Positions 53,701 through 62,778 of a stretch of 64,000 nt of DNA are shown piece after piece (position 1 is the stretch's first letter; each line of letters opens with the position of its first letter). The DNA is taken from positions 95,384 through 159,383 of the forward strand of contig JACOUP010000003.1 of assembly GCA_016177765.1 (NCBI GenBank). Direction: 5' to 3'. The position numbers were made by a program, and so were the translations under genes. Origin of the DNA: Deltaproteobacteria bacterium. Lineage in GTDB: Bacteria > UBA10199 > JACPAL01 > JACOUP01. The notes below the pieces were generated by a model, which was not told the origin of the DNA, ran no database searches, and saw only the letters and a list, made by a program, of their open reading frames with translations.

Positions 53701-55830
53701 GACGGGACCATCGGCAGTAATCCGGATTCGATCACCGTCACGGTGACTAATGTGGCCCCCGTCGTCAATGCCGGGAGTGATGACAACTGTGAACCGGGAT
53801 CAACCGTTCAACTTGCCGGAAGCGCCACGGATACCAATAATGATACACTGACCTACGGCTGGGCGCTTGTCTCGGGACCGGGCGTCACATTTTCCAATAT
53901 GGCGATTGCCAATCCCACGGTCACGGTCCCGATGTACTATCCCCTCGGAACGATGATTACCCTGAGACTGACCGTCTCGGACGGTGTTGGTGGTTCCAGC
54001 TCCGACCTGGTGGTCTTGACCTACGGGGCCAAAGCCCCTACCGGGAGCCTGGGGGGCTCTTTTACGAGTGATGGTGTCTTCAACTTCGGGAGTAATTCCT
54101 TTACCGCTTACAGCAGTGATACCATGTCCTACAGCTGGAACGTTGTCAGTTGCACCGATCCCAATGCCACATTTGACAGCTCCAGCACGGACAAACCGAG
54201 CCTGACAGCGATCAAGGTGGGGACCTGTCAGGTGCGTGTCTGTGTCACGGACGGTTCGAGCCAGCAAAACTGTTTCACCCATACGGTGACAACCCCCAAC
54301 TATGTTCCCAAGATCACAAAAATTAAGGGGGAGATCCGGAGTGAATTGCGGCCTGGCGAGGTGATTGATATTGACACCCTTGGCATCTCCTCGGTTTCCG
54401 ACTCCAATCAGGACACCATCACCACCACCTGGGCCGTGAATTCCGGCCCGGCCACTCTGCAGGTCAGCAACGGAAAGATTGACTGTCGCAACTATCCATG
54501 TCCTCGGGGGACCTATACCTTCCAGCAAGTCTCTGTTGATCCGAACGGTGGGACCGCCCATGAGACCGTCAATTTCATCTTTCCCAACAATGCCCCGGCC
54601 AAGCCGACACTGAAGGAGAGCCACTTCAAAGGGGCGGATGTCGTCCTGCAGGGGGACAGCGTCAAATTCCGAAATTTCTCAAAGGATGTGAGCCTCCGTG
54701 ATGTCGTCTTTGGCGATGATGACGGGGACAACCTGGCCTACACCTGGACCCTCAACAAACCGGTCGGTCTCAAGAAGAGTGATGGGGCGTTTGGTTTTGT
54801 GAGGGCCGGTTCCGGCCTGTTGGACCTGAAGGCGAGGCTCCCCGGAACGTATACCCTGACGGTAGAGGTGAGCGATGGTTACGGCGGGGTGACCTCCAAG
54901 AATATCACCGTCGTCATCCCTCTTCCTGAGGTGGACGACCTGCCGATTGAGGTGAAATCCCGGACTCCGGTCGGTTCCACGGAAGAGGTGGAGGGAACCG
55001 TTGACTCCCCCGTCTTCCCGATCGTCTCCGTGAATGGGGTTGAGGCGGAGGTGACCCTGGTGGCCGAGGGGACAAGCACTTTGAGCGCCATGACCCTGGA
55101 AACCGGTGACTTCAAGGGACAAACCACATCCGGCACGGATGAGACCTACGATAGCTATAGCTTTAAGGCCTCCGGTGTCCCTTCTTCCAGCGAGCTGGAT
55201 ATTGAGGTGGCGACCGATGTTGACGGGGAGGTTGTCGCGTTGGTCAGCAAACAGTTTACAGACAGCTCCTCAACCGGCACCGGTTCTTCTGATGGTGGGG
55301 GGGGAGATTCAGATTCTCCCTCTTCCGGGGGTTGCGGACTTAGCCAGTCGTCATCGCCCACTGCCCAATCGGGCCCTTCTTCAACGAAGCCAGCCGCTAC
55401 CGGCGGGGGTTATTCCGGAGGGACCCTCTCGGCGATGACGGCGGAGGAAACAACAACCTCTCCTTCGGGTGATATCTCCCTGGATGAATCATCCGTGAAG
55501 AAATCGGATCAAAAAGAGAGTTTTTCGAGAGGAAGGACGCCATCCATTGTGGCGGTGAAGGAGGGGGAGACAGCCTCTACCAAGGGTGATTCACCCAATG
55601 GGGTATCACCCAAGGGTTCTTTCAAGCAACCGTCGGCCCCTTTTAGTGAGGGTTTTTCGGGGGGAACCACAACGGTGGCTATGGCGGCAAAGGGGTCAAA
55701 AACACCGTCGGCCGTAACCCTGTCAGCGACGACCGATTCAGAAAGATCCCTGAAACCGGCAGTTCTTCTCCTCCTGGCCCTCGGGCTGCTGGTCCTTGGA
55801 CTGTTTTCCCTTTCAGTCCGTAGAGATTAA
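50767..55830 (+). CDS. Giant surface protein (1687 aa): SBBP beta-propeller repeats, about four PKD-like domains, cadherin/VCBS-like Ig domain, Ser/Thr/Gly-rich tail, C-terminal TM helix + RRD
   Basis: N-terminal signal/anchor. VPFYFIENQGE... followed by repeated YSTYLGG...G.AVD.SG..YV.G.T.S.DFPT (SBBP). ANAGSDQ...V.LNG.GSSD.DGDSLTYSW x3 and related. NEDTAVSITL...YTPNANYNGADSFTFWVSDG. C-terminus is LKPAVLLLLALGLLVLGLFSLSVRRD*. Confidence 0.85.
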   Translation: MNSISLRRRVTGWRGVIALGLLVSLPFLGWFLFHSSLAVRQANAALQSVPFYFIENQGEVTPTIRYFARGRDFQIGFADSGIQLALPDQRLALSPVQPEKGLKIRGTEKQKATVNFFRGNDPAKWRRDLPTYAGVVYENLWSGIDWHVAGKGKTLKYEFVVKPGADPRQIKLAYQGVERLVLSDAGELVVKLRSGELRDAKPTVYQEKGGEKIPVEARFALINARIYGFALGPYDPQLPLIIDPSLYFATYLGGDSWDFPDDMVIDGSGNIYVTGYTTSTDFATVGAYDTSQNGSDDIFVAKLASNGQSLTWCTYIGGSSGDGGKAIAVDSSGRAYVAGYSYSTDFPTASAYQGSKGGSGTTTRDAVVFKLNASGSSLLYSTYLGGTTTAHDSAHGIAVDNNGIAWVAGKAASTDFPTTAGVYDTSWNGGTDFFVAKLDTAQSGSSSLSWSTYVGGTNPDEMDWLKGGMAVDGSGNVYVTGEAKAGFPTTVGAYDTSYNDTGSSWDVVVFKLNSSGTSLVYSTYLGGTAIDVPFGLTLDSSNQAWVTGYTSSSGFPTTVGAYDRTRKASAYSAFVAALNADGTGLVFGTFLEGASGYYDYGYDIAIDSTGRIHVAGSTAPATGSSAFPTTADAYDRTTNGSDDWFYTRFNAAGSSLVYSSVFGTSGQDTCKAMAIDATGDIVYLAGSMASGFTTQSAYRSSGTSYEGLVIKIGPNTAPVANAGSDQSNIPEGATVTLNGSGSSDADGDSLTYSWSCTVNCTGVSLSSSTAVSPTFTAPDVSLNTAITLSLTVNDGIANSSADTVNINVNARPLANNQTVTTNEDTAVSITLSASDPNSETLTYAVVTWPTQGSLSTPFTGSPARITTYTPNANYNGADSFTFWVSDGLQESNVATVSISIGAGNDPPTANAGSDQLNVSPGTTVTLNGTGSSDPDGDSLTYSWTQTSGPTATLSSTTAAQPTFTARRAGTLVFSLIVNDGTIGSNPDSITVTVTNVAPVVNAGSDDNCEPGSTVQLAGSATDTNNDTLTYGWALVSGPGVTFSNMAIANPTVTVPMYYPLGTMITLRLTVSDGVGGSSSDLVVLTYGAKAPTGSLGGSFTSDGVFNFGSNSFTAYSSDTMSYSWNVVSCTDPNATFDSSSTDKPSLTAIKVGTCQVRVCVTDGSSQQNCFTHTVTTPNYVPKITKIKGEIRSELRPGEVIDIDTLGISSVSDSNQDTITTTWAVNSGPATLQVSNGKIDCRNYPCPRGTYTFQQVSVDPNGGTAHETVNFIFPNNAPAKPTLKESHFKGADVVLQGDSVKFRNFSKDVSLRDVVFGDDDGDNLAYTWTLNKPVGLKKSDGAFGFVRAGSGLLDLKARLPGTYTLTVEVSDGYGGVTSKNITVVIPLPEVDDLPIEVKSRTPVGSTEEVEGTVDSPVFPIVSVNGVEAEVTLVAEGTSTLSAMTLETGDFKGQTTSGTDETYDSYSFKASGVPSSSELDIEVATDVDGEVVALVSKQFTDSSSTGTGSSDGGGGDSDSPSSGGCGLSQSSSPTAQSGPSSTKPAATGGGYSGGTLSAMTAEETTTSPSGDISLDESSVKKSDQKESFSRGRTPSIVAVKEGETASTKGDSPNGVSPKGSFKQPSAPFSEGFSGGTTTVAMAAKGSKTPSAVTLSATTDSERSLKPAVLLLLALGLLVLGLFSLSVRRD
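55582..55616. repeat. AAGGGTGATTCACCCAATGGGGTATCACCCAAGGG motif copy in the tail of the surface protein
   Basis: Encodes KGDSPNGVSPKG. Shares the exact 15-mer GGGTGATTCACCCAA with 16410-16424. Confidence 0.7.
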
Positions 55831-55915
55831 CTCCCCCTTTTCCCTTGACTAAAGAACTTCCCTGCCGATAGACTCGCCCCGCTTTTTTATCAATTTCTTC
55901 AGTAATTCTCGGCCA

Positions 55916-57265
55916 ATGGACGAAACCAATAAGCTCATTCAGGAACGTCTGAAAAAACTGGAGGCGCTTCGGGCCGCAGGGATCAATCCGTACCCGAACA
56001 ACCTTTGTCCCACCCATACTCTTGGGCAGATTCGGCAGAAGTATGACCTCCTTTCCAAAGAGGATCTGGAGAAGGTTGCCGACAGATTTTCCGTGGCGGG
56101 GCGGGTGATGATGGTTCGCTCGTTCGGCAAGGCCTCGTTTGCGGTCCTTCAGGACCGGAGCGGTTTACTGCAACTCTTTTTCCAGAAGAACAGCCTGACG
56201 GAAAAGGAGTTTCAACTCTTTCAAACGATTGACCGCGGCGATTTTCTGTTTGTAACAGGGCCTCTGTTTCGGACCAAGACGGGGGAACTGACGCTTCATG
56301 CCGAAACCTTCCGGCTGGCGGCCAAATCGCTCCAGCCATTGCCGGAGAAGTGGCACGGGCTCTCAGATGTTGAGATTCGTTATCGCCAGCGGTATGTCGA
56401 TCTGATCGTCAATGAAGAAGTCCGCGAGGTTTTTAAAAAGCGGTCGCAGATCATCCAATTTTTGAGGGAGTTTTTGGTGGCGCGGGAATTTTTGGAGGTG
56501 GAGACGCCGATGATGCACCCGATTGCCGGGGGGGCCACTGCAAAACCGTTTATCACCCACCACAACACGCTTGACAGGGATCTCTATCTGCGGATCGCCC
56601 CGGAACTGTACCTTAAAAAACTGGTCGTCGGCGGTTTTGAAAGGGTCTTTGAAATCGGCCGGAATTTCCGGAACGAAGGGATCAGCACCCAGCATAATCC
56701 GGAATTCACGATGGTGGAGTTCTACCAGGCGTATGCGACTTACGAAGACCTGATGACACTGACCGAAGAGCTCCTTCAATTTTTGGCAAAAAAACTGGGC
56801 AAGACAGAATTGATCTATCAGGGGACGACGATCAGCCTGAAGAGTCCTTTCAAGCGGATTACCTACGCCGAGATGGTAAAGATTGGGGAAGACAAGCTGG
56901 TGCAGCCAACCTTTGTCACCGATTTCCCGGTTGAAGAGTCACCGCTTGCGAGAAAAAATGATAAAAACCCGGGTGTGGTAGATCGTTTTGAGTTGTATAT
57001 TACCGGACGGGAGATTGCCAACGCCTTTTCCGAACTGAATGACCCTCTGGACCAACGGGAGCGCTTCGAGGCCCAGATGGAGAAAAGGAAAAAGGGGGAT
57101 CTGGAGGCGATGGCTTTTGATGACGACTTTATCCGTGCCCTGGAAGTCGGGCTCCCCCCAACGGCGGGGGAGGGGATCGGGATCGACCGGCTCGTGATGC
57201 TCTTGACCGATCAACCCTCGATTCGCGACGTCATCCTTTTTCCCCTTTTGAGGCCGGATCCATGA
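55916..57265 (+). CDS. lysS: Lysyl-tRNA synthetase (class II) LysS
   Basis: OB-fold N-domain ([21 protein letters not shown]) and class II motifs ([52 protein letters not shown]). 449 aa, slightly short. Confidence 0.93.
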   Translation: MDETNKLIQERLKKLEALRAAGINPYPNNLCPTHTLGQIRQKYDLLSKEDLEKVADRFSVAGRVMMVRSFGKASFAVLQDRSGLLQLFFQKNSLTEKEFQLFQTIDRGDFLFVTGPLFRTKTGELTLHAETFRLAAKSLQPLPEKWHGLSDVEIRYRQRYVDLIVNEEVREVFKKRSQIIQFLREFLVAREFLEVETPMMHPIAGGATAKPFITHHNTLDRDLYLRIAPELYLKKLVVGGFERVFEIGRNFRNEGISTQHNPEFTMVEFYQAYATYEDLMTLTEELLQFLAKKLGKTELIYQGTTISLKSPFKRITYAEMVKIGEDKLVQPTFVTDFPVEESPLARKNDKNPGVVDRFELYITGREIANAFSELNDPLDQRERFEAQMEKRKKGDLEAMAFDDDFIRALEVGLPPTAGEGIGIDRLVMLLTDQPSIRDVILFPLLRPDP

Positions 57266-58470
57266 TCCTTTCCTGGATCGCCCGACGGACCTTGGGGGGA
57301 GCCCGACGACCGTTGTTCATCAGTCTCCTTTCCGGAATTGGTGTGGCGGGCACCGGGCTCGGCGTTTTTTCCCTGATCGTTGTCCTTTCCGTCATGAACG
57401 GTTTTGAGAAAGATTTTAGGTCGAGGATTGTCGGTTTCAACGGGGCGTTGACGATTTCAACGCCTGATCCCCTCACCCTGACCCTCTCCCACAAAGGGGA
57501 GAGGGGCCAGAGAGCCTATCCGATTGTGGAGGCGGAGGGGATTTTACAATCCGAGGCGAGGGAAACAATGGGGGTCAAGATTCGAGGGATTGAGCAAAAG
57601 GATTTCCGGATCGACCGGTATTTTAAGGTGAACTACGCCCTTGGTTCGGAGATCAAGGACCTCTTTGACCGGAACGAGCCAGGAATTATTATCGGTCAGG
57701 AGCTGGCGCTCGCCCTGAATGTCCATCCCGATTTTGAGGATCGCGTACTCCTGATTTCACCCCTCGGGGATGTCGGCCCTTCGGGGGATTTTATACCGCG
57801 TCTCCGTCAGTTCCGGGTGATCGGGATCTTCAAGTCCGGCTTCTACGAGTACGACACCAAGTTCGCGATTGTGGCCTACCCCCAGGTCTTATCCCTCTTT
57901 CCCCACTCTTCAGAAAAGAAGATTGTCACCGACGGGATCGACTTTCAGACTGCGGTAGTGATGAAGGCAAAGCTGGAAAAGGAAAACCCTTCCCTGGCCG
58001 GCAAGGTGACCACTTGGCAGGAGCAAAACAAAAAACTGTTCGGGGCCCTCCGGATGGAGCGGATCGGCATGTTTCTGCTCCTTTCCATGATTGTGCTGAT
58101 CTCCTCGGTGACGATCTTCGGGATGCTCTCTCTTATTATTCTGGATAAGGTCAGGGAGATGGCCCTTTTGCGGGCGATCGGTCTGGAGAGAGGGTCGATT
58201 CGGCGGATCTTTCTCTGGCAGGGGATCGGTATCGGACTGAAAGGGACCGCCTGCGGCGGTTTGTTGGGGGTTCTCGTTGTTCTCCTGCTCTATTTCATCA
58301 AGATCCCCCTCCCTTCTTCCTATTATCTTGATTTTCTGCCGGTCTCCCCCAGTTTTTCGCAAATCGGTCTGGTTCTGCTGACGGCGCCCCTGTTGGCGGT
58401 GGTGACCGCCTTTTACCCGGCCGGACAGGCCTCTAAAATGGAGATCGCCCCACTGTTAAGGTATGAATAG
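57262..58470 (+). CDS. LolC/LolE-family lipoprotein-releasing ABC transporter permease (FtsX/MacB-type)
   Basis: 402 aa with TM1, a periplasmic domain and 3 TM. C-terminal FtsX-like [19 protein letters not shown] overlap with lysS. Confidence 0.85.
   Translation: MILSWIARRTLGGARRPLFISLLSGIGVAGTGLGVFSLIVVLSVMNGFEKDFRSRIVGFNGALTISTPDPLTLTLSHKGERGQRAYPIVEAEGILQSEARETMGVKIRGIEQKDFRIDRYFKVNYALGSEIKDLFDRNEPGIIIGQELALALNVHPDFEDRVLLISPLGDVGPSGDFIPRLRQFRVIGIFKSGFYEYDTKFAIVAYPQVLSLFPHSSEKKIVTDGIDFQTAVVMKAKLEKENPSLAGKVTTWQEQNKKLFGALRMERIGMFLLLSMIVLISSVTIFGMLSLIILDKVREMALLRAIGLERGSIRRIFLWQGIGIGLKGTACGGLLGVLVVLLLYFIKIPLPSSYYLDFLPVSPSFSQIGLVLLTAPLLAVVTAFYPAGQASKMEIAPLLRYE
57468..57506. repeat. CCTCACCC / CCCTCTCCC / GGGGAGAGGG palindromic element, copy 4 (inverted orientation), in frame inside the lolC/E-like gene
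   Basis: CCCCTCACCCTGA-CCCTCTCCC-acaaa-GGGGAGAGGGG. Encodes [13 protein letters not shown] in the predicted periplasmic domain. Confidence 0.8.
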
Positions 58471-58502
58471 AAACTATTTGGACATGGTGAGTTTATCGAA
58501 CC

Positions 58503-59729
58503 ATGAATAATCTTGTCTTTACTTATCTCCGCAAAAAACGGGGTCGGCCGCTCATCCGTGTCGCCTCGGTCCTGACGGTAGGTGGGATCACCCTGGCGGT
58601 GATTTCCCTCTTAACCGGGCTTTCCGTTTTTAGCGGTTTCAAAAAGGAATACCTCAAGGCGGTGCTCAACTTTAATGCCCCTCTTGTTGTGATGAAGGTG
58701 GGGGAGATGGAACAGGTTTCTGGAGAAAAAACAAAATTAGAAAATTACCTCGAGTCCAAAAATGAAAAAGGGGTGGTGACGCCGTTTCTCTACCGGGAAG
58801 GGCTTCTTGTCCTCAAAGGAAAGGTTAAGGGGGTGGTGATCAAGGGTGTCGATCTCGACAAGATCGAACAGGTCTCCGGCACAAAGATCCGTTATTTTAG
58901 TGAGAAAAAGGAAGGATTAATTCTGGGGGAGGTGCTTGCCCGTTCCCTGGGAGTGGCCGCTTCGCCGGAGAAACTCCATCTTTTTTTACCGGAAGAGGGG
59001 GAGGAAAAAATCGCTTCGCGCCATTTTCTCCGTTTCCCGGTAGCCGGCGTTTTTGAATCCGGGATGTACGACTACGACGCCGGTTTTGCCTTTCTCCCCC
59101 TGGCGGAGATCCAGAAGATCCTCAAAATCAGGGATCGGGTGACCGGTTTTGAAATCTGGCCTGCTCCAGGCGAGCCTGCTTCAGGCGAGCCCGATCATCC
59201 GGAAAAGGTACTTTCGTGGGGAGAAACCATGAGAAAGGACCTCGGTTATCCTTATTCGGTAATGACCTGGTATGATCTCAATAAAAATATTTTTGAGGCG
59301 CTCCGTCTGCAAAAATTGATTTTCACGATCCTCTTGGGTTTTCTGGTCCTCGTCGCCTCCTTTAACCTCACCGGGATCCTCGTGATGAAGATGCTGGAGA
59401 GGCGACAGGATATAGCGATCTTTCGGGCCTTTGGGGCAGGTCCAAAAAAATTAAGGCGGCTCTTTTTTGCAGAGGGGTTTTTCTGGGGCGGCACCGGCCT
59501 CCTCCTGGGGACGATTCTGGCCTTTGGTTTTTCCCGACTCCTGGCGCAAAGGGAATGGATTCCGCTCTCCCCGGAGGTCTATTTCATCTCTTCAGTCCCC
59601 TCGGCCTGGTCCTGGGGCGAGGCGCTTGTGGTCTTTGGTGTTGGATTTTTGTTTCTTTTTGGTGCGGTTTGGTTTTCACTGTCGCGGCTTTCCCGTTTGA
59701 ATCTGGTACGGGCGTTAACAGAGGCTTAA
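58503..59729 (+). CDS. Second LolC/LolE-family ABC transporter permease
   Basis: 408 aa with the same topology and FRAFGAGPKKLRRLF. Contains a 15-bp in-frame tandem duplication at 59160-59189 (PAPGE/PASGE). Confidence 0.85.
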   Translation: MNNLVFTYLRKKRGRPLIRVASVLTVGGITLAVISLLTGLSVFSGFKKEYLKAVLNFNAPLVVMKVGEMEQVSGEKTKLENYLESKNEKGVVTPFLYREGLLVLKGKVKGVVIKGVDLDKIEQVSGTKIRYFSEKKEGLILGEVLARSLGVAASPEKLHLFLPEEGEEKIASRHFLRFPVAGVFESGMYDYDAGFAFLPLAEIQKILKIRDRVTGFEIWPAPGEPASGEPDHPEKVLSWGETMRKDLGYPYSVMTWYDLNKNIFEALRLQKLIFTILLGFLVLVASFNLTGILVMKMLERRQDIAIFRAFGAGPKKLRRLFFAEGFFWGGTGLLLGTILAFGFSRLLAQREWIPLSPEVYFISSVPSAWSWGEALVVFGVGFLFLFGAVWFSLSRLSRLNLVRALTEA

Positions 59730-59731
59730 AA

Positions 59732-60424
59732 ATGTCGCCGCTTATCGAAGTTCATAACCTTACCAAGAGTTATTTTTTGGAGAGCCAGGAACTCTCCGTC
59801 CTCAAAGGGGTCAATCTGACCCTCTTTGCCGGGGAATGTCTTTTTATCCTTGGGGCCTCAGGGAGTGGTAAAAGCACACTCCTCCACCTTTTGGGGTCGC
59901 TGGATGTCCCGTCTTCGGGGACTATTCTTTATGAAGGGGAGGGGTTGTTTCAAAGAGGGGAAGAGGCGCTGGCCCGGTTTCGTAATCAAAAAATCGGGTT
60001 TGTCTTTCAGTTTCATTACCTTTTGGGGGATTTTACGGCGCTTGAAAATGTGATGATGCCGCTTTTGATCCGTGGCGAAAAAAGGAATCAGGCCAGCCTT
60101 AAGGCTTCCCAGGTATTGGATCAGTTGGGGTTGGGGGGGCGAAAGGGGCACCGGCCATCCGAGCTCTCCGGTGGGGAACAACAAAGGGTGGCCGTTGCCA
60201 GGGCCCTGGTGACTGAACCCTGTTTGTTGCTGGCGGACGAGCCGACAGGGAATCTCGATACGGAAACCGGTCTGAAGCTGATCGATCTCTTGCTGGAGGC
60301 CCACCTTCAGAAAAAGGTCACGCTGGTTATCGTGACCCATAATGAAGATTTGATCCAACGGGCCAAAGGGAGGACCACCGTTCGTTCTCTTCGGTTGAAG
60401 GACGGGACACTGCAAGCATGTTGA
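59732..60424 (+). CDS. lolD: Lipoprotein-releasing system ATP-binding protein LolD (ABC ATPase)
   Basis: GASGSGKSTLL (Walker A), LSGGEQQRVAVARAL (signature), LLLADEPTGNLD (Walker B). Start at ATG 59732. Confidence 0.9.
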   Translation: MSPLIEVHNLTKSYFLESQELSVLKGVNLTLFAGECLFILGASGSGKSTLLHLLGSLDVPSSGTILYEGEGLFQRGEEALARFRNQKIGFVFQFHYLLGDFTALENVMMPLLIRGEKRNQASLKASQVLDQLGLGGRKGHRPSELSGGEQQRVAVARALVTEPCLLLADEPTGNLDTETGLKLIDLLLEAHLQKKVTLVIVTHNEDLIQRAKGRTTVRSLRLKDGTLQAC

Positions 60425-62706
60425 AACGGGTCTTCCTTGCCGTCTGCCTTTTGCTCCTCTGGTCCCCGTCCGTCCTGGCGATTTCCTTCGGGCGAATCGC
60501 CCTTGTCCGCACAATCAAGGTGGAGGGAAACAAGAAGGCCGAAGAGTCGGCCATCCGCGCCACCATGGAGACAAAGGAAGGGATGACCTTCTCGGAGGAG
60601 AGGGTCCGTCGGGATATTGAGTATCTTTACAAACTGGGGCTCTTCCGCGGAATCGAGGTGGTGAGGGAGATGACCGAGAAGGGGCTGGTTCTGACCTACC
60701 GCCTGGAGGAGAAGGGAGAGATCACAAAGATTCTCTTCAAGGGAAACAAGAAAATCAAGGAGGAGAAGCTTCGTGAAGATCTTGAGATCAAACCGTATGA
60801 AGTCCTGAACCCCGCAAAAGTCGCCTCCTCCATCCAGAAGATGATCCGTCGGTATGCGCAGGATGGCTACCATCTCGTCACCATCACCACGGAATTGAAA
60901 AAGGATGGGGAAGGGCCGGGCCAGGAGCTGTTTTTCCATGTGCGGGAGGGGCCGGGAATCCGGATCAAACGGATCAACTTCATCGGGAACAAACATTTCA
61001 ATGACAAGAAGCTGAAAAAAGTCATCCACTCGAAGGAAAAGGGGTATTTTTCATGGCTCTCCAGCTCCGGGAAATATCAGGAAGAGTTTTTGGAGAGAGA
61101 TGCCGCTCTCCTCGTTTACCACTACCTGAACAATGGTTACCTCAAGGTCAAGGTGGAGAAACCGAGGGTTTCTCTCTCCCGCGACCGACAGTGGCTTTTT
61201 CTCACCTTCGCCGTGACGGAGGGGGAAAGGTACAAGATCCGTTCGATTGATATGGAAGGAGAGATCCTGACGACCAAACAGGAGCTGATCAAAAAGATGG
61301 TGACCAAACCAGGGCAGTATTATTCACGGAAGAATGTGGAAGAGGATATCCAGATGCTCTCCACCCTCTATGGGGACCATGCCTATGCCTTTGCCAGCTT
61401 CAACCCGATCACACTCCCCGATGATGCCACCCGGACCGCCTCCATCACCTACAAGGTGGAGAAGGGGAGCCGGATTCAGATCGAAAGGATCAATATTTCA
61501 GGCAATGCGATCACGCGGGACAAGATCATCCGCCGGGAACTCAAGGTGAAGGAAAACAGCCTGTACAGTGAGACCGCCCTGAAAGAGTCGCGGCAAAGGC
61601 TGGAGGCGCTGGGGTATTTTGAGGAGGTCAACTTTGCGACACCGCGCGGGAGTGCAGATGACAAAATTGTCCTGAACATTACCGTCAAGGAAAAGCCGAC
61701 CGGCACCTTCAGCATCGGCGCCGGGTTTTCATCGGTGGAAAATTTTATTTTCAACGCCTCCATCAGCAAGGCCAACTTTTTCGGCTATGGGGTGACGGGG
61801 CAGTTTTCGACGGAGCTTTCTTCACGACGCCAACTCTTTATCCTCTCTTTTGAGGATCCGTATTTTCTGGACAGTGAGTGGATTCTGGGACTCTCCGGTT
61901 ACCGGACGGTCAACCGTTTCACCGATTTTAGCCGCGATTCCTTCGGTGGTTCTCTCAGTTTGGGGCGCCACATCTTTGAATATTCCTCTCTTCGCCTGAC
62001 CTATGAGGCGGAAAAGGTCAATGCCAGCGATTTTTCCACGGTTGTTCCCTATCCCTTTGGGGAGACCCTGGGAGGGTTGACGTCCTCTCTCGGGTTTACC
62101 TTTATCCGGGACACGCGGAACAACCGGCTCTTCCCCTCTAAGGGGACCTACAACCAGTTCACCAGCGAATTTTCCGGCGAAAAACTGGGAGGGGATAACG
62201 ATTTCTACCGCCTGACGGCGAACAGCCGGTTTTACCATCCGCTCTTCTGGAAGGTTATTTTCAAGACGAATGCCCTGTTGGGTTATATCCGGAGCCTCAA
62301 CAACCTGCCGGTTCCGCTGTTTGAACGGTACTTTCAGGGGGGTGTTAATTCCCTCCGCGGCTTCTTTCCGCGTTCGATCGGTCCCAAGGTCCAGGTGCCG
62401 ACCGCTCCCCAGGGGGGGGATGCCGAATTTGTCATTGGCGGCAACAAGATGGTCCAATTCAACTTTGAGATCGAGGCCCCGCTTTATGACCCGGCCGGTT
62501 TCAAAATCGTCAGTTTCTTTGATGCCGGTAACGCCTTTTCGGAGGAGGAACAGTATTCGCTGACAAATCTCCGGTCCGATTACGGTTTTGGACTCCGGTG
62601 GAACTCCCCCTTTGGCCCGATGCGATTCGAGTGGGGGATCCCGATCGATGCCCGCCGCGGGGAGGATGATGTCGTATTTAATTTTACCATCGGATCATTT
62701 TTTTAG
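60418..62706 (+). CDS. bamA: Outer membrane protein assembly factor BamA
   Basis: 762 aa with a signal peptide, POTRA repeats (I.V.GN..........), and a C-terminal beta-barrel ending ...VVFNFTIGSFF. Overlaps lolD by 7 nt. Confidence 0.95.
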   Translation: MLKRVFLAVCLLLLWSPSVLAISFGRIALVRTIKVEGNKKAEESAIRATMETKEGMTFSEERVRRDIEYLYKLGLFRGIEVVREMTEKGLVLTYRLEEKGEITKILFKGNKKIKEEKLREDLEIKPYEVLNPAKVASSIQKMIRRYAQDGYHLVTITTELKKDGEGPGQELFFHVREGPGIRIKRINFIGNKHFNDKKLKKVIHSKEKGYFSWLSSSGKYQEEFLERDAALLVYHYLNNGYLKVKVEKPRVSLSRDRQWLFLTFAVTEGERYKIRSIDMEGEILTTKQELIKKMVTKPGQYYSRKNVEEDIQMLSTLYGDHAYAFASFNPITLPDDATRTASITYKVEKGSRIQIERINISGNAITRDKIIRRELKVKENSLYSETALKESRQRLEALGYFEEVNFATPRGSADDKIVLNITVKEKPTGTFSIGAGFSSVENFIFNASISKANFFGYGVTGQFSTELSSRRQLFILSFEDPYFLDSEWILGLSGYRTVNRFTDFSRDSFGGSLSLGRHIFEYSSLRLTYEAEKVNASDFSTVVPYPFGETLGGLTSSLGFTFIRDTRNNRLFPSKGTYNQFTSEFSGEKLGGDNDFYRLTANSRFYHPLFWKVIFKTNALLGYIRSLNNLPVPLFERYFQGGVNSLRGFFPRSIGPKVQVPTAPQGGDAEFVIGGNKMVQFNFEIEAPLYDPAGFKIVSFFDAGNAFSEEEQYSLTNLRSDYGFGLRWNSPFGPMRFEWGIPIDARRGEDDVVFNFTIGSFF

Positions 62707-62778
62707 CCGCATTTTTCCCCTTGTTTTCCAAGGTTATTTTTGGTTACCTGTCCCCCTACAAAAGGGAGGGGTAAGACT

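Noticed and set aside
59160-59189. 15-bp tandem duplication CCTGCTCCAGGCGAG / CCTGCTTCAGGCGAG in the second Lol permease (PAPGE/PASGE).
   Set aside because: It is real but trivial: a small in-frame slippage event in a loop, with no further implication visible.
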